NCBI GenBank assembly: GCA_046543235.1
Contig: JBKGZT010000019.1
Coordinates: 1 to 22,743, forward strand
Origin: Candidatus Acetothermia bacterium
GTDB taxonomy: Bacteria; Bipolaricaulota; Bipolaricaulia; M55B111
DNA: 22,743 nt
Reading direction: 5' to 3'
Under the pieces are notes generated by a model, which saw only the letters and a program-made list of their open reading frames with translations, was not told the origin of the DNA and searched no databases. Of this stretch, positions 1 through 8,767 are shown piece by piece. The position numbers and the translations under genes were made by a program. How positions within the stretch are numbered: position 1 is the stretch's first letter; each line of letters opens with the position of its first letter.

Positions 1-74
1 CATTCCCTTTCCAGCCTTATTTCGGTGAATTCGCCCTTGCTTGCTTGTAGTGCATTTTTGAGTTTGCTGAACAA
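1..74 (-). CDS. 5' fragment of a probable TldD/PmbA-family metalloprotease (runs off the window)
   Basis: Own translation: TTG at 74 with AAGGAGG RBS (80-86) gives MFSKLKNALQASKGEFTEIRLERE; resembles the 'xDYADIRxE' N-terminal strand of TldD/PmbA. Only 24 codons visible; an in-frame ATG at 95 is an alternative start. Confidence 0.45.
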   Translation of the reverse strand, partial: MFSKLKNALQASKGEFTEIRLERE

Positions 75-225
75 GTTGTCCTCCTTCTTAAACATGGTTA
101 GAATACTGGAACTTTTCTAACTATAATCAACGTCGGGTTTTCGGACAACTAAACCGGAACGCGGTTTTAGCTTATATCACCGCACCGAATGGAATTTATC
201 TCCTAATAGTGAGGAGGATCTTCAG

Positions 226-1185
226 TTGAGCCAGTTTATCGATTCTTTTTTTACGGTGGGGCGGGCACTCGTCAAAATCTTTTTTCTAGGGGCCGCCGGT
301 TTCTTTCTATCCCGGATGAATTTGATATCCGAAGAAGGCTTCGACGACCTGAGCAAGGTAGTTATCTATTTCACCCTGCCTGCACTGATATTTTCCAACT
401 TCCTGGGGAGCTCCAAGCTCGGGGAGATTCCGAACTGGTGGATCTATCCTCTGGGAATGGCGGGAGTTATCCTCCTGAGCCTCCTCCTGGGCCTGGTTAT
501 TTCGAACTTCCTGGAGTGGCCTGAAAGACGGCAATTTAGTGCTTTGCTCGGGTTTCCCAATACGGGATATTTACCCCTTGCACTGGTGGCTGCCCTGATA
601 GCCGAGGCACATCAACCCAAGGCTTTTCAGCTGGTTTTCCTGATGACCCTGGGAATGACTCCCAACATGTGGTCGATAGGGGTGGCTTTGCTGTCCGGTA
701 AGTTCGTTAGTCCGGTGAAGTTCCTGAGGAATGTCTTTACATCCCCACCCTTCTTTACCATTCTGGCATCCATTGGCCTGGTTATCGCCGGTTGGGAGGG
801 TTATGTGCCGGAACTGGCCATCGAGACGGCTTCCTACGCCGGTGACGTGACGGTACCTTTGATCATGATAGTGCTTGGTGGCATGCTCGCGAGGGTCGAT
901 AGTACCGACAAGAAGTACCCAAAAGCGGTTGGAATCCTGGTTTTGTTGAAGCTGGTGGTTTACCCGGCCCTCGGTTTGACGGCGATCTACCTCTTCCGTC
1001 CACCGAAGATACTGGCGTTCGTTATATTGATCGAAGCGGCGACCCCTCCAGCTACCAACTTGGCGGTAGTTGGAAGCCATTACGGGGACGAAACCGGTCT
1101 ACTAAAACAGGGCCTGGTTTACAGTTACCTGACAGCTGCGGTGACGATTCCCTCCTTTATTTCCCTGTTTATGTTCATCTATTGA
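226..1185 (+). CDS. AEC (auxin efflux carrier / malate permease-like) family transporter
   Basis: 319 aa, about 10 hydrophobic segments, family motifs 'TLPALIF', 'FPNTGYLPLAL', 'PLIMIVLG', 'EAATPPA'; GAGGAGG RBS before the TTG start. Confidence 0.9.
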   Translation: MSQFIDSFFTVGRALVKIFFLGAAGFFLSRMNLISEEGFDDLSKVVIYFTLPALIFSNFLGSSKLGEIPNWWIYPLGMAGVILLSLLLGLVISNFLEWPERRQFSALLGFPNTGYLPLALVAALIAEAHQPKAFQLVFLMTLGMTPNMWSIGVALLSGKFVSPVKFLRNVFTSPPFFTILASIGLVIAGWEGYVPELAIETASYAGDVTVPLIMIVLGGMLARVDSTDKKYPKAVGILVLLKLVVYPALGLTAIYLFRPPKILAFVILIEAATPPATNLAVVGSHYGDETGLLKQGLVYSYLTAAVTIPSFISLFMFIY

Positions 1186-1233
1186 GAGGGGCAAATTCGG
1201 CCCATTGGGGCCTTTGAATCGGAGGTGAAGTTC

Positions 1234-1734
1234 ATGGCTGTTCTTGCCGTAGCCCTGTTTTTACCGATCTCCCTTGCTGGCCTCGCCCTGCTGCCAATCG
1301 GGGTACCGGGTACCTTTGTGGTTGTAGGTGCTTCAGCTCTGGCTGGCCTTTTGTCCGGCGGGGAGCTCGTGGGTTTTGAACTTTTCCTGGTCTTTCTCGG
1401 CCTGGCGGTACTTGGCGAGATCCTGGACTGGACCTTCAGTCTGGTCGTAGGAAAGAAATACGGGGCCAGCACCCCCGGGCTCGTGGCTTCCTTCATCGGG
1501 GCGATCGCCGGCGCGATTGCAGGCCTTCCGCTTCCGCTGATAGGGAACTTGATCGGGGCTTTCCTGGGAGCATTTGCCGGAGCCTTCATAGTGGAGCTGT
1601 TTTTGCGGAAGGACGCCGGCCAGGCAATGAAGAGCGGGCTCGGCGTGATGTTCGGCAAGGTATTTGGTTCAGTTTTCAAGGTCGGAATCGGAACGTTCAT
1701 GATAGTCAAGGTCTTGATAAATTTCTTTAGTTGA
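1234..1734 (+). CDS. DUF456-family small Gly-rich membrane protein
   Basis: 'LPIGVPGT', 'GKKYGAS', 'GAFLGAFAGAFIVEL' pattern. Start moved to ATG 1234, which follows GGAGGTGA at 1221-1228. Confidence 0.85.
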   Translation: MAVLAVALFLPISLAGLALLPIGVPGTFVVVGASALAGLLSGGELVGFELFLVFLGLAVLGEILDWTFSLVVGKKYGASTPGLVASFIGAIAGAIAGLPLPLIGNLIGAFLGAFAGAFIVELFLRKDAGQAMKSGLGVMFGKVFGSVFKVGIGTFMIVKVLINFFS

Positions 1735-1759
1735 AAGCAAGGAGGTAAGGAGGAGTTTC

Positions 1760-2542
1760 ATGAGTAAGCTCGATTTGGACGACTACGAAGTATTTTTCCT
1801 CGACATGGATGGGGTAATCGTGATGTCAGGGCGACCGATCCCCGGGGCGGTGGAAAGCGTAAACAGGTTGGAGTCCTACGGAGAAGTTTACGTTCTTTCC
1901 AACAACTCAACGAGAACCAGGGAAAGGTTTGCTGAAAACCTGTTTGACCTGGGAGCCGATCTGCCCCCGGAAAGGGTCGTGAACAGTGCCTTTGTCCTCG
2001 CTGAATACCTTCTGGAAAAGCGAGGACCCTCATCGGTATTCACCGTAGGCGAAGAGGGCCTGGATCAGGAGCTGGAAGAGGTCGGTCACGACGTCGTGGT
2101 GCCCGAGGAATCGGAGGTACTGGCTGTTGGAATGGACAGGGAACTTACCTACGACGAACTTGACAGAGCCCTTACCGGGTTGGCGAAGGGTGCTACTTTT
2201 TTTGCTACCAATTCTGACGGTACCTTTCCAACCCCTGACGGCGAGTCTCCCGGTGCCGGCGCCTGCGTCGGCGCGATCAAAGGAATGGGCTTTGAACCGA
2301 AAAGGATCGTCGGAAAACCATCCCGTATAGCCGCAGAAATAGCCCTGGAAGCGGCGGGAAAACCCGAACCCGGCGACTGTCTCGTCATCGGCGACAGGCT
2401 CGAGACGGATATACGGCTCGCCGAAAGAGCGAACATGGATTCCGTACTTATATTAAGTGGCGTGGAGACAACGGACAGTTTGAGGGAGAGCGAACTAAAA
2501 CCCACGTACGTTCTTGAGGAGCTATCCGACCTCTTCAGTTAA
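1760..2542 (+). CDS. HAD-IIA (NagD/AraL-like) phosphatase
   Basis: Motif I 'FLDMDGV', motif II 'SNNS', 'VGKPS', motif IV 'IGDRLETDI'; AGGAGGAG RBS. Confidence 0.93.
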   Translation: MSKLDLDDYEVFFLDMDGVIVMSGRPIPGAVESVNRLESYGEVYVLSNNSTRTRERFAENLFDLGADLPPERVVNSAFVLAEYLLEKRGPSSVFTVGEEGLDQELEEVGHDVVVPEESEVLAVGMDRELTYDELDRALTGLAKGATFFATNSDGTFPTPDGESPGAGACVGAIKGMGFEPKRIVGKPSRIAAEIALEAAGKPEPGDCLVIGDRLETDIRLAERANMDSVLILSGVETTDSLRESELKPTYVLEELSDLFS

Positions 2543-2611
2543 CGGGCCGTGATGATGCAGCTTCTTTAGCCGGCAATCGGCCTTTGTCAGTATGGGTGAA
2601 TGATCTGAGCT

Positions 2612-2656
2612 AAAAAATGTAGTCCCCGGCCATAAATCGATCGACGGCCGGGGGCT
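2612..2656 (-). terminator. Intrinsic terminator after nrdJ (possibly bidirectional)
   Basis: Stem AGTCCCCGGCC (2621-2631) / GGCCGGGGGCT (2646-2656), followed on the minus strand by ACATTTTTT; lies between convergent genes. Confidence 0.65.
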
Positions 2657-2667
2657 TGTAAGGCTGA

Positions 2668-5319
2668 TTATTTTATGGAACAAGTACTCCATCCACACTC
2701 GACGCATTTATTGCAGCCACCTTCGTGGATGACCTTACCGCCGCAGTCGGGACATTTTTCGAGCGGCTCGACCTGGTCGAGGGGGCGAGGTCCTTCGTCC
2801 TCAAGCAGATCCTTGTTTTTTCCTCTTTCTCCCTCAAGGGATTTGTAGAAGTTCTGTGGCTCCAGGAACTTGTCCCCGTTCGATTCCCCGGCGAACTCCC
2901 TCTCTAGGAAAGTTTTTACGTAATCACTCGGCTCCAGGTTTCTCTCGCCGGTTCTTTCGCCGTCCATGTTGACCACCTGGCGTGATTTTGATCCGTCCCT
3001 GTAGACGGTGACGCCCTTTAGGCCCAATCGATGTGCCAGCAGGAAAGAGTTGAGTATGTCATCGGGCGTTACGCTGTTTGGCATGTTGATGGTCTTGGAG
3101 ATCGAAGCCGTTATCCAGTCCTGCCAGGAAGCCTGAGCCATCAAGTGGTCGGTATAATGAACGTCGAGGGCCGTCACGAAGACTTCCTTCAACCTTTCCG
3201 GTATTCCCTCCAGTCCGGAGAGACTCCCGTAGTTGTTGTTAATTTTTTCGAGTAGCTCCTCGCTGTAGATTCCTTCTTCCTTCAGTTTCTCTTCGAATAC
3301 CTCGTTGGCGTAGTAAAAACTGCCGGCCGTTACGTTCTTCTCGTAGGCAAGCGAAAACTCGGGCTCGATCCCGTGGGAAGTGTCGGCGATCATCGATATG
3401 CTTCCGGTCGGGGCAATTGTCGTCGTCATTCCGTTGCGGATTCCGTTTTGTTTTATCCTGTCAATCAGACCTTCCCAGTCCCGGCCGTGGTCCTCATGTT
3501 CGTAGTAACCGGCCACCGGTATTTTCCCCTCCGGATAACCGGATTCTTCGTAAAGTGGAAAGACGCCCCTCTCCCTGGCCAGTTCTACCGATTCGTCAAG
3601 GGAAAAGTACGTAAGGGACTCGGCGAGTTTTTCCATGGTTTTAAAGCCTTCTTTCGAGTTATATTTTATCTCTCGCTCGTACATGAGGTCCGATAGACCC
3701 ATAACTCCCAGACCGATTTTTCTTGTTTCCTTTGTCGATTCTTCGATCTTTTCAAGCGGGAAACTATTCATGTCCAGTATGTTGTCCAGGAAGCGGGTGG
3801 CATTCCGAATTGTCTCTCGGTATTCGGACCAATCGAAGCCGTCTTCTCCGATTAAGCCATGGAGGTTTATCGAACCCAGGTTACATGATTCGTAGTCGTA
3901 AAGTGGCTGTTCACCGCAGGGGTTTGTTCCGCTAATACGTCCTTTGGCTGGTTCCAGCACGTTGTACTCGTTGATCCTGTCGAAGAAAATCATCCCCGGG
4001 TCGGCGGATTCCCAGGCGGAGTGTGAGATAAGTTCTAGGATTGCTTTCGGCTTTTCCCGGGATACCGCTTCACCGGTTCGAGGGTTTATCAGCTCATAGT
4101 GGGATCTATCCTCGTCCACCAGGGCATCCCAGAAGTCGTTTTGTGTCCCCACGGAGATGTTGAAGTTCTCGAGCTTTCCTTCCGTCTGCTTTACGTTGAT
4201 GAAGTCCTTTACGTCGGGATGATCTATGTTGATGATTCCCATGTTGGCGCCCCGCCTCTTTCCTCCCTGTTTGACGACGTCCGTCACCGTGTCTATTATC
4301 CTCATGAAGGATATCGGGCCGGAAGCGACGCCGGAGGTGGAAGCGACGAGGTCGCCTTCCGGACGGAGGTCGGAGTAGTTGATGCCGACCCCTCCGCCGC
4401 TCTGGAAGATCAGCGCGGCGTCCTTGGAGGCGTCCATTATTCTACCCATATCGTCCTCCATCGGGAGGACGAAGCAGGCGCTCAGCTGTCCCAGCCTGGT
4501 CCCTGAATTCATCAGCGTGGGGCTGTTGGGGAGGAATTTTTGCTGAGTCATCATGTCGAAGTAGGTTTCCCATCTATCCTGGTATTTGTCGAAGTAGCCC
4601 TCGTCAAGGAGGTCGAGAAAATCCGGGAAAGGAACCTTCATCTGGCCGTTCCTGGCAAGTTCTTCGTATAGCTCTGCCATCGCCTTGAAGGTCCACTCGT
4701 TTATCGGGTGATCGGCGAAACCGTAGCGGTTTTCGTAGTCGCGAAAGGAGTCGATATAGCTCTCAGTACCTGGTGCCGTGTCTTGACCGCCATCCCTATG
4801 GAAGATCCTTTCGTCCCGTAACAGGTCGGGTATAGTTACATTTGTCGCTACTCTTTCGAATAGCTCTTTGGGGGTCTCTACTATTTCTCCTTCGTTGTCT
4901 CGCAGGAGATAGCGAGAAGCCAGTACCCTCAAGGCTTTCACGCTAAATTTCTTACCGACGCTGCCGATTTTCGTCTCGTTGAGTAGCTGTTCCTTTTCCC
5001 TTCTCTTCTGCCTGTGCTCCTGTCGATATAAAATGTATTTTTTTGCGGTAGTATAATGACCTTCTTCGATCAGGACTTTTTCTACCGTATCCTGAATATC
5101 TTCCACTTCGGGGTACTCTTCTTCCCCCAGTCCTTCATCCCCGTATATCCCCTGGAGGTCTTCCGTAACTTTCTCAGCTAGCTGGCCCGCCCGGTTTATG
5201 GCATCCGAGTCCGCTGTCTGTGCGGCCTCCTGGGCAGCCTTTAGAATTGCATCTCTGATTTTGGATTGATCGAAATCTACAATAGAGCCATCTCTTTTTT
5301 TGACTTTTTTTATTTCCAC
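2668..5319 (-). CDS. nrdJ: Class II (adenosylcobalamin-dependent) ribonucleotide reductase with N-terminal ATP cone
   Basis: ATP cone 'KVKKRDGSIVDFD', 'FLPNSPTLMN', 'LSACFV', 'QGGKRRGANM', thiyl-radical motif 'TNPCGEQ', 'TIAPTGSIS', 'GLKGVTVYRDGS', C-terminal CxxC cluster; no tyrosine pair or nrdB neighbour. GTG start with GAGGTGG RBS. Confidence 0.95.
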   Translation of the reverse strand: MEIKKVKKRDGSIVDFDQSKIRDAILKAAQEAAQTADSDAINRAGQLAEKVTEDLQGIYGDEGLGEEEYPEVEDIQDTVEKVLIEEGHYTTAKKYILYRQEHRQKRREKEQLLNETKIGSVGKKFSVKALRVLASRYLLRDNEGEIVETPKELFERVATNVTIPDLLRDERIFHRDGGQDTAPGTESYIDSFRDYENRYGFADHPINEWTFKAMAELYEELARNGQMKVPFPDFLDLLDEGYFDKYQDRWETYFDMMTQQKFLPNSPTLMNSGTRLGQLSACFVLPMEDDMGRIMDASKDAALIFQSGGGVGINYSDLRPEGDLVASTSGVASGPISFMRIIDTVTDVVKQGGKRRGANMGIINIDHPDVKDFINVKQTEGKLENFNISVGTQNDFWDALVDEDRSHYELINPRTGEAVSREKPKAILELISHSAWESADPGMIFFDRINEYNVLEPAKGRISGTNPCGEQPLYDYESCNLGSINLHGLIGEDGFDWSEYRETIRNATRFLDNILDMNSFPLEKIEESTKETRKIGLGVMGLSDLMYEREIKYNSKEGFKTMEKLAESLTYFSLDESVELARERGVFPLYEESGYPEGKIPVAGYYEHEDHGRDWEGLIDRIKQNGIRNGMTTTIAPTGSISMIADTSHGIEPEFSLAYEKNVTAGSFYYANEVFEEKLKEEGIYSEELLEKINNNYGSLSGLEGIPERLKEVFVTALDVHYTDHLMAQASWQDWITASISKTINMPNSVTPDDILNSFLLAHRLGLKGVTVYRDGSKSRQVVNMDGERTGERNLEPSDYVKTFLEREFAGESNGDKFLEPQNFYKSLEGERGKNKDLLEDEGPRPLDQVEPLEKCPDCGGKVIHEGGCNKCVECGWSTCSIK

Positions 5320-5334
5320 TTTTTGCCACCTCGG

Positions 5335-5355
5335 TATGAATAAAGTTTATTCATA
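5335..5355. promoter_or_regulatory. Perfect 10-1-10 palindrome, candidate operator upstream of nrdJ
   Basis: TATGAATAAA-G-TTTATTCATA, immediately upstream of the nrdJ RBS. Confidence 0.55.
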
Positions 5356-5533
5356 AAATTTCTTGAGACAAGCGAAGGAAAATTTCGATGATATCGATAC
5401 TATCCCGTATGATACGGCTTTAAGAGGTAATTTTAAGTCGTAGTTACCTTCTATCGGGAAGCGAAGAGTTATCTGTCATTACGCCCGTTGCCTTCGGACC
5501 TCGGCTGGTTTAAACTATTCTAAGTTATAACTC

Positions 5534-6214
5534 ATGACTGAATACTATATCGAAACGGACGGCAAAGTTTATTTGGTGGAAGAAGCTGGGCAACTTAGGT
5601 TTCCCAGGTCCCGGGAGGAGTTTCCCTTCAAGATTCAACCTAAAGGTAAAATGGTCGTCGGTTCCCGGGAGGTAGTCTTTTCCGAACCGGAACTATCGAA
5701 CCACCCGAGCAAGTGGCATAACAAGGAAGACGTTCCATTGTTGGACGACATTGACCCGGTGGTTCGAAAGGCCGTAGACCTGTCGCTTCCCCGAATAGTG
5801 GTGGAGGCCGTGATAAGGGACGGGAAAAGTAACAGGGTCCTTCTTGTCAAGGCGTCCCGGGGCTATAACAAGGACTGCTGGACTTTACCGGGGGGTTTCT
5901 TAGTTTACGGTGAACCGCCAGAAGAGGCCGTCAGGAGAGAAGTAAAGGAAGAAATCGGGGTGGAACCGGACCTGAGTGGCCTGGTAAACGTCTTCAGCGG
6001 GATAGGTGCCAGTAACAGCCACCAGTGGGTAATTTTCTACTACCTGGCCGAAGTTGCGGGAAATGAAGAACAATTGAAGCCAAGCCACGAGGTAAAGGAA
6101 ATGAAATGGTTTCCGAAAGAGGAAGTCGTGGACCTGCTTCACAGTCCGGTAATGGCCAGAGGTTACGAGGAAGTTCTATCCAAGATTGACCGAGAAGACC
6201 AAGGAACCGATTGA
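5534..6214 (+). CDS. Nudix hydrolase with N-terminal extension
   Basis: Nudix box 'WTLPGGFLVYGEPPEEAVRREVKEEIG'; about 85 extra N-terminal residues. Confidence 0.9.
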   Translation: MTEYYIETDGKVYLVEEAGQLRFPRSREEFPFKIQPKGKMVVGSREVVFSEPELSNHPSKWHNKEDVPLLDDIDPVVRKAVDLSLPRIVVEAVIRDGKSNRVLLVKASRGYNKDCWTLPGGFLVYGEPPEEAVRREVKEEIGVEPDLSGLVNVFSGIGASNSHQWVIFYYLAEVAGNEEQLKPSHEVKEMKWFPKEEVVDLLHSPVMARGYEEVLSKIDREDQGTD

Positions 6215-6340
6215 AGTATCGTTATCTTGTGGATCTAGCAACAACGGAGTTCGAGTCCGTATGTTTAGCAGGCATAGTATCTAAAACGACTTCGATTCCT
6301 GGACTCGATAGTCTATCTGTATGAACAACTACAACTACTC

Positions 6341-8425
6341 TTATCTCGAGTAAAGGCTGTTTTTTAACACCTTAAAGTCATCCATCGAGGATTGAAGGGT
6401 TGAGATACGCTCTGACAGTGTAGAGTTTAACTCCGAGAACTCGCTGTTGAAGTAACCTCGCATCTGCTCCAGTGTCCACTTCCTGCTTACCTTTTCTTCG
6501 TCGAGTTCGTCCAGGTCGTTTTTGAGGTCGTTTACTCTTTTGTCTAGCCGGGAATTAAGGTCGTCGACTCGTTCATTCAAACTTTCTCGGAGCTCTTTTA
6601 ACGTTTTTACCTTGGAATCCAGCCGTTCCGTTAGGGCGTTAAGATCCTTCTTCATTTCCGCCCGTTTCTCGTTAAGCGTCGAAAGCTTCGACGAGAGTTC
6701 TGTCTGTTCGGATTCCATCGCGGAAATTTTTCCGGAGACCTCTTCGTCCTTTTCGGAGAGTTCGGTTGTTTTCTGTTGAAATTCTTCCATCATTGTTTCG
6801 ACTTCTTTCCTCAGGTCGGTTTCCCTTTCCTTTACCCGGTTTATCCTTTCCCTCAGATCCTGGTTTGTCTGGACTAACTGTTTGGCGATGGAACCCGTTT
6901 CTTCATCGAGATTCTCCACCTTCCTTTCCAGCCCCTGGATAGAAGATGAAGTCTTATCCATGAAGTCGTTTAGTTCCATCCGGAGGTCGGAATCCACCTC
7001 AAAGAGGTGTGCGAGGTTCTCCCGGAGCCGCTCGTCGAGGTCCTCTATCTTTTCCTCGAAGCTTGTATCCTTATCCTTTAGTTGGGAAATTTCGTCCTCT
7101 ATCCGCGAGCTAAATTGGTTGTAATTGGTTCTCAGGGTCGAAAACTCGGATTCCAGGTTGTCGAGTCTTTGGCTCAACTTCTCGTTTCTGGATTTTAGCT
7201 GATGGAGTTCTTCGTTTACCTTATCTCCCAGGTTACCGAGGGAGGACTTGAGCTCCTGGTTCTTCTTACTTAGGTCCTCCACTTTACTCCGTAGCTCCTG
7301 ATCGCTGCCCTCCAATGCGGCCTCCAGTTGATCTATTTTTCGGCTTAGCTGATCCGAAACTAGACTTATTTCTTCTTTCAGAGAGGATAGCTCCGAATTG
7401 AGTCGTGCCTTCTCGGATTTAAGGTTCGATATCTCCTCTTCTAGATCGGCGTCTTTCGAAGAAAGTTCGGACCCGACCTCTTCCAGTTTTCCCTCCAGAG
7501 ATGCCGACGTATTCTTCTGTTCTTCTTCAAACGTTTCCAGTCGGTTTAAAAGTACATCAACCCTGTTTTCGACGTTTTTTATATCGTTTTCAAGGGCTTT
7601 ATCCTTTTCGTCAGAAGAGCTTTTAACCCGATTGAGCTGATTCTCGAATTCCGAGGAGACCTTATCCAGGTCCGTTGCGACTCCTTCAACCTCCTTCAAG
7701 AGGTCACTTTGATTGCCTGCCAGGTCCTTGTATTTTTCCCGTAAATCTGCTATTTCAGCATCCGTGTCTTCCCCGGCCTGATTCAGGTTGTCGACGGAGT
7801 CCCGAAGCTTGGCCAAACTCTCCTGCTGGCCCCGGGTTTCCGCTTTGAGGTCCTCGGTTCTGCTTTCGACCGAGTTTAACTTCTCCGTAAGATTCTTCTC
7901 CACGGAGACGATCTCTTCCTGGTTTTCTTTTTCTTCTGTCTTCAGGGAGGCCAGTTCTCCCTTGAGATCTTCCCTGACCCCCTTTAGTTCGCCGGCCAGG
8001 TCTTTTGTCGTTTCCTCCAGCCCCGAATACCTCTCGGATAGGCTGGCCAGCTTTTCTCCGGCGTCGCTTAAGTCGATATCGACGCTCTCGAACCCAGCCT
8101 CCAGTTCGCCCGTCTTGGATTCAAGTTCCTCTATTTGTGACCTTAAACCGGACTCGACTTCGTCGATCCTGGACTGAAAGTTTTTCACCGTGGTGTCGAA
8201 ATCTTCGATTTCCTCCCGTAGGCCGGTCTGACCTTCCTGTAAGCTGGATATAACATCTGCCTGAGAGCTTGTACTATCCTCCAGGTCGGACAGTTCCTGC
8301 TGGATGGAAGAAGTATCATTCCCCAGGGAACCGAGCCTGTTGTTATAGCTTATCCCCACGAAAAGCAGACCGCCTATCAAAACCAGAATGGAGCCATAAA
8401 CGAGGATTTTGCTCAATCTTGTCAT
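6341..8425 (-). CDS. Long acidic coiled-coil protein with a single N-terminal membrane anchor/signal; function unknown
   Basis: Hydrophobic residues 7-26, then about 660 aa of E/K/L/S/D-rich heptad-type sequence with no Pro or Cys; GGGGTGG RBS. Confidence 0.85.
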   Translation of the reverse strand: MTRLSKILVYGSILVLIGGLLFVGISYNNRLGSLGNDTSSIQQELSDLEDSTSSQADVISSLQEGQTGLREEIEDFDTTVKNFQSRIDEVESGLRSQIEELESKTGELEAGFESVDIDLSDAGEKLASLSERYSGLEETTKDLAGELKGVREDLKGELASLKTEEKENQEEIVSVEKNLTEKLNSVESRTEDLKAETRGQQESLAKLRDSVDNLNQAGEDTDAEIADLREKYKDLAGNQSDLLKEVEGVATDLDKVSSEFENQLNRVKSSSDEKDKALENDIKNVENRVDVLLNRLETFEEEQKNTSASLEGKLEEVGSELSSKDADLEEEISNLKSEKARLNSELSSLKEEISLVSDQLSRKIDQLEAALEGSDQELRSKVEDLSKKNQELKSSLGNLGDKVNEELHQLKSRNEKLSQRLDNLESEFSTLRTNYNQFSSRIEDEISQLKDKDTSFEEKIEDLDERLRENLAHLFEVDSDLRMELNDFMDKTSSSIQGLERKVENLDEETGSIAKQLVQTNQDLRERINRVKERETDLRKEVETMMEEFQQKTTELSEKDEEVSGKISAMESEQTELSSKLSTLNEKRAEMKKDLNALTERLDSKVKTLKELRESLNERVDDLNSRLDKRVNDLKNDLDELDEEKVSRKWTLEQMRGYFNSEFSELNSTLSERISTLQSSMDDFKVLKNSLYSR

Positions 8426-8581
8426 TTAAATTCCACCCCTTTTGAAGCTGGACCGGATAATACCAAACCTTCCGCTTTCGTTTAAGTTTACAGCCGGAAC
8501 CGGTAAAACTCCTGACTCCTCCATGGACATTTCATCACGAAAACGATTTATGGATCTAAACGGTAGCCCCACATACTCTAC

Positions 8582-8609
8582 ATTATGGGGAAATTAAACG
8601 GTTTGTCAA
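8582..8609 (-). promoter_or_regulatory. Sigma70-type promoter for the coiled-coil gene
   Basis: Minus strand TTGACA-16 nt-CATAAT, about 155 nt upstream of the start codon. Confidence 0.55.
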
Positions 8610-8767
8610 ATTGGGGATTTGAATAAATAACGATGGCAAATAGTCCCCGTACGAAAACCGTTTTTGCTTAGTTAAAGGGGTATTTTTGTTACACAAAGGG
8701 TCTAAAAAAAGGGGGTGTGGTGAAAGGTCTGGATAATTCAAGTTTTTCCGACTTGGGTACCACGTCT

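Noticed and set aside
2549-2608. GTGATGA...CTGA resembling an archaeal C/D-box sRNA
   Set aside because: No properly placed D'/C' boxes or terminal stem, and the other signals are bacterial; likely chance.
2668-5319. Intein or intron in nrdJ
   Set aside because: The usual insertion-site motifs (QGGKRRGA, NPCGEQ) are uninterrupted, with no splicing or LAGLIDADG motifs.
6341-8425. SMC/Rad50, chemoreceptor or phage tape-measure identity for the coiled-coil protein
   Set aside because: No Walker motifs, no MCP signalling hairpin, no phage genes nearby.
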